The position numbers and the translations under genes are program-made. The notes under the pieces were generated by a model. It was not told where the DNA came from. It saw nothing but the letters and a program-made list of their open reading frames with translations, and ran no database searches. Source: an uncultured Alphaproteobacteria bacterium (GTDB lineage Bacteria > Pseudomonadota > Alphaproteobacteria > Puniceispirillales > Puniceispirillaceae). From it: a stretch of 64,000 nucleotides of DNA. The stretch is taken from positions 1,793-65,792 of the forward strand of contig CAXAAH010000003.1 of NCBI GenBank assembly GCA_963966775.1. The letters run 5' to 3'. This document shows positions 9,627 through 20,779 of the stretch, piece after piece; within the stretch, counting starts at the first letter, position 1, and every line of letters starts with the position of its first letter.

Positions 9627-11573
9627 GTGAACAATCTCGGCCGAAACATATTTATTTGGGTGATCATTGGTATCGCTTTGATGTCATTGTTTAACCTGTT
9701 TCAAAACCCCGCTAGCACGAGCGCATCTCGCAATGTCGCCTACACGGATTTTGTTGGCTCTGTTCAATCTGGACAGGTGAGAGATGTTATCATCGAAGGC
9801 GCAAATATCACCGCGCGCACAAAAGATAATCAGCAGATTTCATCTTATGTGCCAGAAGGCGCGGATATTGTGGGTATCCTGACTGATAATGATGTGCGCA
9901 TCGAAGCGCGCCCTGATGAGAGCAACTCACCGGGCTTTTTCTCATTATTGCTCTCTTGGTTCCCGATGCTGTTATTTATTGGTGTGTGGATTTTCTTCAT
10001 GCGCCAAATGCAAGGCGGCGGAAAAGGCGGGGCGATGGGCTTTGGCAAATCGCGCGCTAAATTGCTTACCGAAGCGCATGGCCGCGTGACATTTGATGAT
10101 GTGGCAGGCATTGATGAAGCTAAGACTGAGCTTGAAGAAGTGGTCGAATTCCTAAAGGACCCGGGAAAGTTCCAACGCCTTGGCGGCAAAATCCCAAAAG
10201 GTGTGTTGCTGGTGGGCCCTCCTGGTACAGGTAAAACTTTGTTGGCGAAATCTGTCGCTGGTGAAGCGAATGTGCCTTTCTTCTCTATCTCAGGCTCTGA
10301 CTTTGTTGAGATGTTTGTCGGTGTCGGTGCCAGCCGTGTCCGTGATATGTTTGAACAGGGCAAGAAGAGCGCCCCTTGTATTATCTTTATTGATGAGATT
10401 GACGCTGTTGGCCGTCATCGTGGTGCCGGCCTTGGTGGTGGTAATGATGAGCGCGAACAGACCCTAAACCAGATGCTGGTTGAGATGGATGGTTTTGAGG
10501 CAAATGAAGGTGTTATCCTTGTTGCCGCAACCAACCGCCCTGATGTGCTTGACCCTGCCTTGTTGCGCCCTGGTCGTTTTGACCGTCAGGTCGTGGTGCC
10601 TAACCCTGATTTGCTTGGTCGTGAGCGTATCTTGAAAGTGCATATGCGCAAGACGCCTTTGTCTAATGATGTTGAGCCGCGCACAATCGCTAGAGGCACG
10701 CCCGGTTTCTCAGGTGCTGATTTGGCAAACCTTGTGAATGAGGCAGCTTTGCTTGCCGCGCGCAAGGGCCGCAGAACAGTCTCTATGGCAGAATTTGAAG
10801 AAGCCAAAGATAAGGTGATGATGGGCTCTGAGCGTCGCTCTATGGTGATGACAGATGATGAAAAGCGCCTAACAGCCTATCATGAGGCAGGCCATGCGGT
10901 GGTCGCTCTTCATCTGCCAGCCTCAGACCCTATTCATAAAGCAACGATTATCCCACGTGGCCGCGCGCTTGGTATGGTGATGCGTCTGCCTGAGGGGGAT
11001 CGTGTCTCATTGGCTTATGATAAAATTCTGGCTGATTTGCGTGTGGCTTGTGGTGGTCGTATTGCTGAGGATTTGATCTTTGGCGCTGATAAAATCACAA
11101 CAGGCGCGTCATCTGATATCCGTATGGCAACCGATATGGCACGTCGTATGGTCACAGAATGGGGCATGTCAGACAAGCTAGGCTTCTTGGCCTATGCCGG
11201 TGATGAGCAGGAAGTCTTCCTTGGTCGTTCCGTGACACAGTCAAAGACAGTCTCTGAAGGCACAGCCGATTTGATTGATTTAGAGGTACGCCGCATTGTC
11301 GATGAAGCCTATACAGATGCTGAAAATCTGTTGAAGAAGCATAATGACCAGTTGGAAAATCTCGCCCAAGGTTTGCTTGAATATGAGACTTTGAACGGGG
11401 AAGAAATTAAGATCATCGTTGATGGTGGCACGCTTTCACGCAATGACGCCTCTGATGATGAGCATAATAACCCAACCGAGCCACGTGCGAAGAAGCCGCG
11501 CTCTGGTCTGCCATCTGGTGGCCGTCGTTCAGCGAAACCGGCCGGTGAGCCAGCAGGTCCTGACGGGGCGTAA
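9627..11573 (+). CDS. ftsH: ATP-dependent zinc metalloprotease FtsH
   Basis: Walker [19 protein letters not shown], the SRH region and the zinc motif HEAGHAV. Two N-terminal TM segments. Confidence 0.98.
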   Translation: MNNLGRNIFIWVIIGIALMSLFNLFQNPASTSASRNVAYTDFVGSVQSGQVRDVIIEGANITARTKDNQQISSYVPEGADIVGILTDNDVRIEARPDESNSPGFFSLLLSWFPMLLFIGVWIFFMRQMQGGGKGGAMGFGKSRAKLLTEAHGRVTFDDVAGIDEAKTELEEVVEFLKDPGKFQRLGGKIPKGVLLVGPPGTGKTLLAKSVAGEANVPFFSISGSDFVEMFVGVGASRVRDMFEQGKKSAPCIIFIDEIDAVGRHRGAGLGGGNDEREQTLNQMLVEMDGFEANEGVILVAATNRPDVLDPALLRPGRFDRQVVVPNPDLLGRERILKVHMRKTPLSNDVEPRTIARGTPGFSGADLANLVNEAALLAARKGRRTVSMAEFEEAKDKVMMGSERRSMVMTDDEKRLTAYHEAGHAVVALHLPASDPIHKATIIPRGRALGMVMRLPEGDRVSLAYDKILADLRVACGGRIAEDLIFGADKITTGASSDIRMATDMARRMVTEWGMSDKLGFLAYAGDEQEVFLGRSVTQSKTVSEGTADLIDLEVRRIVDEAYTDAENLLKKHNDQLENLAQGLLEYETLNGEEIKIIVDGGTLSRNDASDDEHNNPTEPRAKKPRSGLPSGGRRSAKPAGEPAGPDGA

Positions 11574-12698
11574 ATGGCGCTACATTATACAAATAACATG
11601 CCGACGCCGCCTGATGGGCGGCGTCTGTATATCAGGCCTGTGAATCTGGTCGCGCGTGATAGTGCGATTTGCCAAAGCGCGGCGACGGGTGCCTATCATG
11701 CGCTGGCGGGTGGCTGGATGGCATTTCGCGCCGTTGATGTCATCATGCGTGGTAATGTGCCAGATGAGATCCATGTCAAACGCTGTGCGGTTGATGAGTG
11801 GCTGGCAGAGGCGCCTGATAAAGACCATGCGGCACAGATGCTCCAAGCCCTCACATCTCCGCGCCCTGATTTTGCGGGCCTGTCAATGGCAGAGCCGCAC
11901 GTGATGGGGATTGTCAATGCGACCCCTGACAGCTTTTCAGATGGCGGCGTTAATTTTGCCGCAGAAGATGGTATCAAAAACGCGCTTAAGATGGTCGAAG
12001 AAGGTGCCAGCATTTTGGATGTGGGGGGCGAATCAACACGCCCCGGCGCTGAGGCTGTGGCGCGTGATGAGGAAATCAGGCGCATTACCCCGATTATTGA
12101 GGCGCTAAGCAAGGCAGGCCATGTCGTCTCTGCTGATACGCGCCATACATCTGTGATGGCAGCGGCGGCAGATGCAGGCGCGCCGATTATCAATGATGTG
12201 GGCGGCTTTCGTGATGCGGGCGCAGAAGCGCTTATTGGGACACTATCGGGTGGCGATGAGGGCGGTTATGCGATTGCGATGCATATGCAAGGCACGCCTG
12301 AGACCATGCAGAAAAACCCGCATTATGATTTTGCGCCCTTGGATGTCTATGATTGGCTAGCGGCGCGTATTGAGGCGCTTCGTGATGCTGGCACGCCGCT
12401 GTCACATATCGCGATTGATCCGGGATTTGGGTTTGGCAAGACGCCGTTGCATAATCTTGAGATCATCAATTGGACAGCGTTATTTCACGGGCTTGGTGTG
12501 CCTATACTTATCGGGGTGTCGCGCAAATCATCAATAGCCAAATTATCCAAAGATGAGCCAGCAGATGAGCGCCTTGGCGGCTCTTTGGCCTTGGCTTTGC
12601 GGTCTATTGAATGCGGCGCGCAAATCATCCGCACCCATGATGTCGCCCAAACAGCCCAAGCGATGACCCTGCAACAAAAAACCTTAGCGGCTGGCTAG
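11574..12698 (+). CDS. folP: Dihydropteroate synthase with a roughly 100-aa N-terminal extension
   Basis: Pterin-binding motifs GIVNATPDSFSDGG and DVGGESTRPGA begin near residue 110. ATG 11574 directly abuts the ftsH stop. Confidence 0.9.
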   Translation: MALHYTNNMPTPPDGRRLYIRPVNLVARDSAICQSAATGAYHALAGGWMAFRAVDVIMRGNVPDEIHVKRCAVDEWLAEAPDKDHAAQMLQALTSPRPDFAGLSMAEPHVMGIVNATPDSFSDGGVNFAAEDGIKNALKMVEEGASILDVGGESTRPGAEAVARDEEIRRITPIIEALSKAGHVVSADTRHTSVMAAAADAGAPIINDVGGFRDAGAEALIGTLSGGDEGGYAIAMHMQGTPETMQKNPHYDFAPLDVYDWLAARIEALRDAGTPLSHIAIDPGFGFGKTPLHNLEIINWTALFHGLGVPILIGVSRKSSIAKLSKDEPADERLGGSLALALRSIECGAQIIRTHDVAQTAQAMTLQQKTLAAG

Positions 12699-12795
12699 TC
12701 ACTTCTGTGTCTTATAGCGGTGATAGACTTCCCCCCTCGCATTGCTTATAGTGCGAGACATTAGGCTTTTCCTTGCAAATAAGTGAGTGTGCATC

Positions 12796-14220
12796 ATGGC
12801 AGGCATTTTCGGGACTGATGGCGTCAGAGCGCGGATTAATACAGGGCTCATGCGGGCTGAATCTGTGGTGCGCTTGGCACTTGCGGCGGGGCGGTGGTTT
12901 GTGGATCACGGCCAAGATGATGACGGCCCAAATCAAGACGGCCCAAATCAAGATAAAAAGCCGCCATTGGTGGTGATCGGCAAGGATACACGTCTATCAG
13001 GCTATATGCTTGAATCAGCGCTTGTAGCAGGCTTTTCTTCGATTGGGATGGAATGCAAATTGCTAGGGCCTATTCCGACGGCGACAGTCTCTGTGATGAC
13101 GCAGAAACTAGGCGCGCATTTGGGGGTGATGGTCTCTGCAAGTCATAATCCGCATCATGATAATGGTATCAAATTATTCGGCCCTGATGGCAAAAAGCTG
13201 GCAGATGAGATCGAGATTGAGATAAGCCAATTGATGCAAGGCTCTATCGCGCTGGCAGAGGCTGAGAATATGGGGCGCGTGCGCCGTATCCTTGATACCG
13301 CTGATATCTATTGTGATTACGCCTGTGAGACCATGCCTGATAAGCAGATTTTCAAAGGGCTGAAAGTGGTCGTGGATTGCGCCAATGGTGCCGCCTATAT
13401 GACCGCGCCAAAAACGCTTCGGGCATTGGGCGCAGAGGTTATCGCGCTTTATGATGAGCCTGATGGGCTGAATATTAATCATGGGTGCGGTGCGGTGCAT
13501 CCTGAAAAAATGGCAGAGGCTGTGGTGCTGCATGGGGCAGATGTGGGTATCGCGCTTGATGGTGATGCGGACAGGCTGATTCTGGCGGATGAGACAGGCT
13601 GTATCCATGATGGTGACAAGGTGCTGGCCGTGATTGCCACCGCCATGCAAGAGGCAGGCACATTGCGCCCGCCTGTGGTTGGCACGCTGATGTCGAATTT
13701 AGGGCTTGAGCGCTATCTTGATAGCCGCGGCATTGCCTTTGCACGCGCGCAAGTTGGTGACCGCTATATTCTCAAAATGCTAGATGGCAGTGATGCTAGC
13801 CAAGGTGAGGGTGGTAATCTTGGCGGTGAGGGCTCTGGGCATATTTTGATGCCAGATCTTATCCCCTCAGGTGATGGTCTGATGGCCGCGTTGCAAGTAC
13901 TCAAAGCAAGTGTGACAAATCAAAAGCCACTCTCTTACGTGCTTGGAATTTATGAATCTGTGCCGCAAAGGCTGGTGAATTTGCCGAATGTTGATAAGGC
14001 GATTATCGATGATAAACAGATTGTCAGCCTATGCCAAAAGCTGACAGAGGCGTTTGCCGGTGAGGGGCGGATTTTGCTGCGCCCATCTGGCACAGAGCCG
14101 TTGGTGCGTGTGATGGTCGAAGCCACAGATAGCGCCAAATTAGATGCTGTGATGGATGAGCTTACCAGTGCTTTGATGGCTGTGAATGCGCGTCTTCAAG
14201 AGGCGGCATCTGAGGGGTAA
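12796..14220 (+). CDS. glmM: Phosphoglucosamine mutase GlmM
   Basis: FGTDGVRA at the N-terminus and the active-site SASHNPHHDNGIK. An ATG lies at 12796; the ORF track starts at GTG 12787. Confidence 0.95.
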   Translation: MAGIFGTDGVRARINTGLMRAESVVRLALAAGRWFVDHGQDDDGPNQDGPNQDKKPPLVVIGKDTRLSGYMLESALVAGFSSIGMECKLLGPIPTATVSVMTQKLGAHLGVMVSASHNPHHDNGIKLFGPDGKKLADEIEIEISQLMQGSIALAEAENMGRVRRILDTADIYCDYACETMPDKQIFKGLKVVVDCANGAAYMTAPKTLRALGAEVIALYDEPDGLNINHGCGAVHPEKMAEAVVLHGADVGIALDGDADRLILADETGCIHDGDKVLAVIATAMQEAGTLRPPVVGTLMSNLGLERYLDSRGIAFARAQVGDRYILKMLDGSDASQGEGGNLGGEGSGHILMPDLIPSGDGLMAALQVLKASVTNQKPLSYVLGIYESVPQRLVNLPNVDKAIIDDKQIVSLCQKLTEAFAGEGRILLRPSGTEPLVRVMVEATDSAKLDAVMDELTSALMAVNARLQEAASEG

Positions 14221-14352
14221 TAGGCGGTGCCTATTTTTGCGGCAGGCAGAGGCGCCTTAAAATCAGCCTGTTGACATCTGGATAAGAAACACTAATTTCA
14301 TCGGTGGGTCGCTGTCCCCCAACGGACAGTCACATTACTGATGAGGTCTATT

Positions 14353-15531
14353 ATGCCCTTTCCGCTTCCTGCGCAAAAGCCGCAGTCCGCTCACTTTTCT
14401 TCGGGTCCTACCAAGAAATGTCCCGGCTGGAACCTCTCACGACTTGACCAAACACATCTTGGCAGATCACATCGTGCCAAGGGTCCTAAAGCTTCTTTAA
14501 CATCTGCAATTGACCGCATGGCCCAGCTGTTGGCACTGCCTGACGATTATCGTCTTGGTATCGTACCAGCCTCTGATACGGGTGCTGTGGAAATGGTCAT
14601 GTGGTCATTATTTGGCCAGCGCGGTGTTGATATTCTTGCTTGGGAATCATTTGGTAAGACGTGGGTGAATGATGCCACCGCTCAATTACAACTAGATGAT
14701 TTACGCTTGTTCGAAGCTGATTGGGGGGCGCTGCCTGCCCTTGATGAGGTTGATTTCGACCGTGATGTTCTGTTCACCTATAATGGCACCACCTCTGGTG
14801 TGCGCTTGCCAAATTGTGATTTTATCCCATCTGACCGCAAGGGGCTGACAATCGCTGATGCAACCTCGGCTTGTTTTGCGATGGATATGGATTGGAACAA
14901 GATTGATATCGCGACCTTTAGCTGGCAGAAATCGCTTGGCGGTGAGGGTGCGCATGGCGTGCTTGTGCTATCGCCGCGTGCGGTTGAACGCCTTGAGGGG
15001 GCCCCTGCACCACGCGCGCTGCCAAAGATTTTCCAGCTTACCAAAAAGGGCAAATTAATCGAAGGCATCTTCCGCGGTGATACGATTAACACCCCGTCAA
15101 TGTTGGCTGTGGCTGATCTGCATCAGGCACTTGATTGGGCCGAAGAGATTGGCGGCTTGTCTGCCTTGATGGCGCGCTCTGATGAGAGCCTTGCACATGT
15201 CAAACAATGGGTGGCACAGACACCTTGGGTTGATTTCCTTGCGCAAGATGAAGCGACGATTTCAAACACCTCTATTTGTTTGCAAATTGCTGACCCGGCT
15301 ATCACATCGCTTGGCCAGTCTGAGAAATCAGATTTTGCCAAACAGATGGTCACCTTGCTGGGTGATGAGACTGTTGCCTTTGATATTGGCGCCTATCGCA
15401 CAGCCCCTGCTGGCTTGCGCATTTGGGCAGGGCCAACGGTTGAGCCGTCAGATATCGCCTTGCTATTGCCATGGCTAGATTGGGCTTTCGCCAGCGTTAA
15501 AGAAGATTTTTTGAATAAGAAAGGGGCATAA
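14353..15531 (+). CDS. serC: Phosphoserine aminotransferase (alphaproteobacterial-type SerC)
   Basis: N-terminal HFSSGPTKKCPGW and the PLP-lysine region FSWQKSLGGE. ATG 14353 has a GAGG 5 nt upstream. serA is adjacent. Confidence 0.9.
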   Translation: MPFPLPAQKPQSAHFSSGPTKKCPGWNLSRLDQTHLGRSHRAKGPKASLTSAIDRMAQLLALPDDYRLGIVPASDTGAVEMVMWSLFGQRGVDILAWESFGKTWVNDATAQLQLDDLRLFEADWGALPALDEVDFDRDVLFTYNGTTSGVRLPNCDFIPSDRKGLTIADATSACFAMDMDWNKIDIATFSWQKSLGGEGAHGVLVLSPRAVERLEGAPAPRALPKIFQLTKKGKLIEGIFRGDTINTPSMLAVADLHQALDWAEEIGGLSALMARSDESLAHVKQWVAQTPWVDFLAQDEATISNTSICLQIADPAITSLGQSEKSDFAKQMVTLLGDETVAFDIGAYRTAPAGLRIWAGPTVEPSDIALLLPWLDWAFASVKEDFLNKKGA

Positions 15532-15532
15532 A

Positions 15533-17116
15533 ATGCCTAAAGTATTAATTAGTGATAAATTAGCACCTGAAGCGGTTGATATCTTCAAAGATAGAGGCGT
15601 AGAGGTTGATTTCCGCCCCGGCCTATCAGCCGAAGAATTGCTTGAGATCATTGGCGATTATGATGGCCTAGCCATTCGTTCAGCCACCAAGGTAACGCCT
15701 GAGGTTCTAGCCAAAGCGACCAAATTGCGCGCGGTTGGCAGAGCGGGTATTGGCGTTGATAATGTCGATGTGCCGGCCGCCACAAAGGCAGGTGTTGTTG
15801 TGATGAATACGCCGTTTGGTAATTCTGTGACAACAGCTGAGCATGCGATTACAATGATGCTGTCTTTGACACGTCAAATTCCGCAAGCCCATATGTCGAC
15901 GATTGCGGGCAAATGGGAAAAGTCAAAATTCCTCGGCACAGAGATTAGTGGCAAGCGTTTGGGCTTGATTGGCTGTGGTAATATTGGCGCGATTGTCGCC
16001 GATAGAGCGCAGGGCCTAAAGATGCGTGTGATGGGGTTTGACCCGTTCTTGACACCAGAGCGTGCGAAACAGCTTGGCATTGAAAAGGTTGAGCTTGATG
16101 AGCTATTGGCGAAGGCTGATTTCATCACGCTTCACACGCCTTTGACTGATTCAACGAGAAATATTATCTCAGCGGATGCCTTGCAGAAAACCAAAAAAGG
16201 CGTGCGTATCATCAACTGTGCCAGAGGCGGCTTGATTGATGAGGTCGCTCTTTGTGCGGCGCTTCATTCAGGTCATGTCGCAGGCGCGGCCTTGGATGTG
16301 TTCGCAGAAGAGCCGGCAAGAGAGAATGTGTTGTTCGAAGCGCCTAATCTGATTGCGACACCTCATTTGGGTGCCAGCACGCTTGAAGCACAGGAAAAAG
16401 TGGCTTTACAGGTGGCAGAACAGCTATCTGATTATTTGGTCGATGGCGCGGTTACAAACGCCCTGAATATGGCCTCTGTGACAGCCGAAGAAGCCCCGAT
16501 TCTGCAACCTTATATGACACTTGGTCGTTTGCTTGGCTCATTCCTTGGCCAGATTGATACACCTGATATCCAATCTGTTCAGCTGGAATTTGATGGCAAG
16601 GCGGCTAATTTGAACGAAGGGCCTGTGCTTGCGTCAACGCTTGCGGGTCTGCTTGGGCCAAAGATGGATTCGGTCAATATGGTTAATGCGGCGGCGGTTG
16701 CCTCGTCAAACGGGGTGAATGTTGCGACTGTGCGTCATGACAGACGCTGTGATTATGAAAGCTTGCTTCGTGTGACCGTTGGCTTTGAAGGCGGGTCTCG
16801 CACCATTGCGGGCACGCTGGTCGGTGGTAACATGCCGCGCTTGGTCGAGGTACAAGATATCCCTGTTGAGGCTGATTTCCCTGAAAATATGCTCTATGTG
16901 CGCAATTATGACAAACCTGGTTTTGTCGGCGCGATTGGCAATGTTTTCGGTGATTTGGGTCTGAATATTGCGACCTTCCATTTGGGCCGAAAAGAAGAGA
17001 GCGGCGAGGCGATTGCCTTGGTCGAAATTGACGGCACAATCAGTGATGATGCGGTACGCAGTGTCGCGGCACTTGAGCAAATTGTGCGTGTTGATAGGCT
17101 GTCATTCACCTCATAA
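15533..17116 (+). CDS. serA: D-3-phosphoglycerate dehydrogenase (long form with ASB and ACT domains)
   Basis: 527 aa. NAD-binding GLIGCGNIGAIVA, a catalytic region with TPHLGAST, and a C-terminal ACT-like region. Confidence 0.95.
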   Translation: MPKVLISDKLAPEAVDIFKDRGVEVDFRPGLSAEELLEIIGDYDGLAIRSATKVTPEVLAKATKLRAVGRAGIGVDNVDVPAATKAGVVVMNTPFGNSVTTAEHAITMMLSLTRQIPQAHMSTIAGKWEKSKFLGTEISGKRLGLIGCGNIGAIVADRAQGLKMRVMGFDPFLTPERAKQLGIEKVELDELLAKADFITLHTPLTDSTRNIISADALQKTKKGVRIINCARGGLIDEVALCAALHSGHVAGAALDVFAEEPARENVLFEAPNLIATPHLGASTLEAQEKVALQVAEQLSDYLVDGAVTNALNMASVTAEEAPILQPYMTLGRLLGSFLGQIDTPDIQSVQLEFDGKAANLNEGPVLASTLAGLLGPKMDSVNMVNAAAVASSNGVNVATVRHDRRCDYESLLRVTVGFEGGSRTIAGTLVGGNMPRLVEVQDIPVEADFPENMLYVRNYDKPGFVGAIGNVFGDLGLNIATFHLGRKEESGEAIALVEIDGTISDDAVRSVAALEQIVRVDRLSFTS

Positions 17117-17159
17117 GACGCCTTGCTAACATGTGGTAAATGGCATCTGCTTTTGGATG

Positions 17160-17185
17160 ACACAGACAAGCTGACTTGTCTGTGT
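17160..17185 (+). terminator. Hairpin downstream of serA (possible terminator)
   Basis: ACACAGACAAG-ctga-CTTGTCTGTGT is a perfect 11-bp stem. The nearest T-run (17198-17202) lies 13 nt away, so it is not a canonical intrinsic terminator. Confidence 0.4.
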
Positions 17186-17336
17186 TGTGACTTGCTGTTT
17201 TTAGTGAAATTTGCTAGAAATTGCCGAGTTTGAAAAAAGCAGGTGCCATTTCGTTTTTTACGTCTGTTGGCCAGCTTTATGAATTTGCTTTTATGCGCCC
17301 CGCAATGGCGCTTGTCACCTAAGGTCAACGCCTGTT

Positions 17337-18494
17337 ATGTCAGCAGATAAAACAACAAAGTCTCAACCGCCCTCAGCCTTGCTGCCACAAGGTCTGCAAG
17401 ATGTGCTTTATCCGCAAGCTGAACATGACGCCAAAGCCTCAGAGATCATCATGGATTGTCTGGCGTCTTTTGGCTATAACCGCGTCCAACCGCCGCTTGT
17501 CGAATTTGAAGATAGCTTGCTTGGCGACAGGCTTGGTGCGGCGCTTTCCGATAAAACATTCCGCCTGCTAGATCCGCTATCGCATAAGATGATGGCTTTG
17601 CGTGCTGATATGACGGCACAGATTGCCCGCATTTCAGGCTCACGTCTTGCGCATATGGCGCGTCCTTTGCGCCTGTCTTATTGCGGGGCTGTGATGCGTG
17701 TTGTGCCAGATGTTTTGAACCCTGAACGCCAAATGGTGCAAGCTGGGGCTGAATTAATCGGTGCATCAGATGCGCTTGCCTCGGCTGAGATGGTGTCTCT
17801 TGGTGTGCGTGCGTTGAATTTGGCTGGCATATCTGGCCTGACAGTTGATATTGGCATTCCGCATTTATTTGATGTGATTGTGGGTGATTGCGATGCGACT
17901 ATGCGCGATGCGCTAGCTGAGGCTTTGCGCTTGCGTGATAGTGATATGTTGCAGTCTATCGGCCATGATAGCGCGCCTCTTTTGGCTGATTTGCTTGCCG
18001 CCTCTGGTCAAAGCCGTGAGGCCATCGCTGATTTATTGCCGCGCCTATCAGATGAGGCGGGGGCCTTGGTGCGCACTGTCTTGCATGCAGCAGAGGTGGT
18101 GCAGGGGATTTGGCCTGATTTGCCGATAACGCTTGATTTGCTTGATAGGCGTGATGGCGATTATCACAAAGGGCTTAATTTTGCGATTTTCAGCAAAGGC
18201 CTGCAAGGTGAGATTGCCCGCGGTGGTGCTTATCAGACAGGCTATGGCGAAGAGGCAACAGGTCTTTCGATTTATATGGAACGCGTTTTGCGCGCCTTGC
18301 CAGCCACACCAAAACAGCCTGTGATTTATGTCGCGGCAAAAGCAGGTCTTGCCACAGCGATGGCGCTTGTTGAACGCGGGCGTTTCGTGGTGATGGGCAG
18401 TGAGGCGGCAGAGCCACAAATAGAAGCTAAAAAATTAGGTTGTGAATTTATCGTGCTAGAGGCAGATGCGATGCCGATAGCGGTAACAGAGTAA
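17337..18494 (+). CDS. hisZ: ATP phosphoribosyltransferase regulatory subunit HisZ (HisRS paralogue)
   Basis: 385 aa. Class II aaRS-like core ([30 protein letters not shown]) with no anticodon-binding domain. Confidence 0.8.
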   Translation: MSADKTTKSQPPSALLPQGLQDVLYPQAEHDAKASEIIMDCLASFGYNRVQPPLVEFEDSLLGDRLGAALSDKTFRLLDPLSHKMMALRADMTAQIARISGSRLAHMARPLRLSYCGAVMRVVPDVLNPERQMVQAGAELIGASDALASAEMVSLGVRALNLAGISGLTVDIGIPHLFDVIVGDCDATMRDALAEALRLRDSDMLQSIGHDSAPLLADLLAASGQSREAIADLLPRLSDEAGALVRTVLHAAEVVQGIWPDLPITLDLLDRRDGDYHKGLNFAIFSKGLQGEIARGGAYQTGYGEEATGLSIYMERVLRALPATPKQPVIYVAAKAGLATAMALVERGRFVVMGSEAAEPQIEAKKLGCEFIVLEADAMPIAVTE

Positions 18495-18525
18495 TATTTC
18501 TGATTTAAACGTAGGATTATCAAAG

Positions 18526-19821
18526 ATGACAAATGTAGCTGTGATTGGCTCTCAATGGGGTGATGAAGGCAAGGGCAAGATTGTTGATTGGCTCTCTGAG
18601 CGTGCTGATCTAGTCGTGCGCTTTCAAGGCGGGCATAATGCGGGCCATACGCTTGTTATTGGCGGTGTAGAATATAAATTATCACTTTTGCCATCTGGCA
18701 TTGTGCGCCCCGGCAAGATATCTGTGATTGGTAATGGTGTTGTGGTTGACCCCACGGCCCTATTGAGCGAGATGGAAACCTTGCGCGGTCAAGGCGCAAG
18801 CATTTCGCCTGAGACATTTGTTGTATCTGAATCAGTGACATTAATCTTGCCAATTCACCAGATGGTTGACCATGCAAGAGAAGCCATTAGAGGCGCTGAT
18901 AAGATTGGCACAACAGGCAGAGGCATTGGCCCTGCTTATGAAGATAAGGTCGCACGTCGCGCGGTGCGCTTGGCTGATTTGGCCGATAGTGAAGCGTTGA
19001 TGGTAAAGCTTCAGGCCCTGACAGATTTCCATAATATCTTCCTAAAGGCCGCTGGCGTTGAAGAGGCAAATGCCGCTGATATGCATAAAGCGCTTATGGC
19101 GATGGCAGATGAATTGCTGAGCTATGCAGGGCGCAGCTGGCAGGTGCTAGGCGAGGCCAAGGCGGCTGGTAAGCGTATGTTATTTGAAGGTGCGCAGGGT
19201 ATTATGCTTGATATTGATCATGGCACTTACCCGTTCGTGACCTCTTCAAACACAGTCGCAGGTCAAGCGGCAACAGGCTCTGGCACAGGCCCGACATCTG
19301 TTGGCTTTGTGCTAGGCATTACCAAAGCCTACACAACAAGAGTAGGCTCTGGCCCGTTCCCAACCGAAGATTTCGGCGCTGATGGCGATCGTATGGGCGA
19401 GCGTGGCCGCGAATTTGGCACAGTCACAGGCCGCAAGCGTCGTTGTGGCTGGTTCGATGCGGTGATGGTGCGCCAAGCAGGCATGACAGCAGGTATCACA
19501 GGCATGGCCCTGACCAAGCTTGATGTGCTTGATGGGTTTGAGACATTGAAGATTTGCGTTGGCTATGATTTGCATGGCAAGCGCCTTGATTATTTCCCAG
19601 CAGATAGCGCGGCACAAGCGGCCGTGACACCGATTTATGAAGAAATGCCGGGCTGGTCAGAGACGACTTATGGCGCGCGCTCATGGGCTGAATTGCCAGC
19701 AAATGCGGTCAAATATATCCGCCGCTTAGAAGAGCTGACAGGAATTCCGGTGGCCTTGCTATCAACAAGCCCTGAACGTGATGATACGATTTTGGTACGT
19801 GACCCGTTTGGTGATGCCTAA
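18526..19821 (+). CDS. purA: Adenylosuccinate synthetase
   Basis: [15 protein letters not shown]-loop, GGHNAGHT and [13 protein letters not shown]. Confidence 0.97.
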   Translation: MTNVAVIGSQWGDEGKGKIVDWLSERADLVVRFQGGHNAGHTLVIGGVEYKLSLLPSGIVRPGKISVIGNGVVVDPTALLSEMETLRGQGASISPETFVVSESVTLILPIHQMVDHAREAIRGADKIGTTGRGIGPAYEDKVARRAVRLADLADSEALMVKLQALTDFHNIFLKAAGVEEANAADMHKALMAMADELLSYAGRSWQVLGEAKAAGKRMLFEGAQGIMLDIDHGTYPFVTSSNTVAGQAATGSGTGPTSVGFVLGITKAYTTRVGSGPFPTEDFGADGDRMGERGREFGTVTGRKRRCGWFDAVMVRQAGMTAGITGMALTKLDVLDGFETLKICVGYDLHGKRLDYFPADSAAQAAVTPIYEEMPGWSETTYGARSWAELPANAVKYIRRLEELTGIPVALLSTSPERDDTILVRDPFGDA

Positions 19822-19845
19822 CAGGCCGTAAGACCAGAAAAAAGA

Positions 19846-20745
19846 TTATCCTTCATAAGGCAGAAGATTTTGTTCTTCTGCCTTTTTTCTGACCCCATCG
19901 GCGAGCTTTTCAAATGCCCGCACTTCGATTTGGCGCACACGCTCACGGCTGACGCCAAATTCGCCTGCAAGCTCTTCAAGCGTCAAAGGTGGCTCGGCCA
20001 ATCTGCGTGCTTGGATGATGCGTTGTTCACGCTCATTCAAGGCGGCCATTGCCTCAACCATCAGGGCTTTTCTTGCATCAAATTCTTCTGCCTCAGCAAA
20101 GATGGTCTCTTGGTCAGGCGTGCTATCTTCAAGCCAATCCTGCCATTCGGTCATTTGCTCGCCATCACCTTTGATTGTGGCGTTCAGCGAGTGGTCATGA
20201 CCTGCCATGCGCTGGTCCATTGAAATCACCTCAGCCTCAGACACATCAAGTGTCTCTGCGATGGTGGTGATTTGGTCTGGTTTCAGATGGCCTTGTTCAA
20301 CATCTTGGATTTTATTCTTCAGGCGGCGCAGATTAAAGAACAGCTTCTTTTGCGCAGAGGTCGTGCCAATTTTGACCAATGACCAAGAGCGCAGAATATA
20401 TTCTTGGATGGCGGCCTTAATCCACCACATCGCATAGGTCGCAAGACGAAAGCCCTTTTCAGGCTCGAACTTTTTGACGGCATGCATCATGCCAAGATTA
20501 CCCTCAGAGATAAGGTCAGCAACAGGCAGGCCATAGCCGCGATAGCCCATCGCAATCTTGGCAACAAGGCGCAGATGGCTTGTCACAAGCTTATGCGCGG
20601 CTTCAACATCACCGCGCTCTTTCCACGCGGTCGCAAGCCCATATTCCTCATCTGCCGCAAGCATTGGGAATTGACGAATTTGATCAAGATACCGCGATAA
20701 ATTGCCGTCGGGGCTAATCGCGGGGAGTAATGCATTTTTTGCCAT
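19846..20745 (-). CDS. rpoH: RNA polymerase sigma-32 factor RpoH
   Basis: Sigma-70 family regions 2-4, plus the RpoH box (QKKLFFNLRRLK). Confidence 0.93.
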   Translation of the reverse strand: MAKNALLPAISPDGNLSRYLDQIRQFPMLAADEEYGLATAWKERGDVEAAHKLVTSHLRLVAKIAMGYRGYGLPVADLISEGNLGMMHAVKKFEPEKGFRLATYAMWWIKAAIQEYILRSWSLVKIGTTSAQKKLFFNLRRLKNKIQDVEQGHLKPDQITTIAETLDVSEAEVISMDQRMAGHDHSLNATIKGDGEQMTEWQDWLEDSTPDQETIFAEAEEFDARKALMVEAMAALNEREQRIIQARRLAEPPLTLEELAGEFGVSRERVRQIEVRAFEKLADGVRKKAEEQNLLPYEG

Positions 20746-20779
20746 AATCTCTCACCCTTATTCTGATGACCCTGTAAAA

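Noticed and set aside
16906-17328. 140-aa - strand ORF extending from the serA 3' end into the serA-hisZ spacer
   Set aside because: Its translation is Lys/Arg/Ser-rich and low complexity. It overlaps the serA ACT domain antisense and has no RBS.
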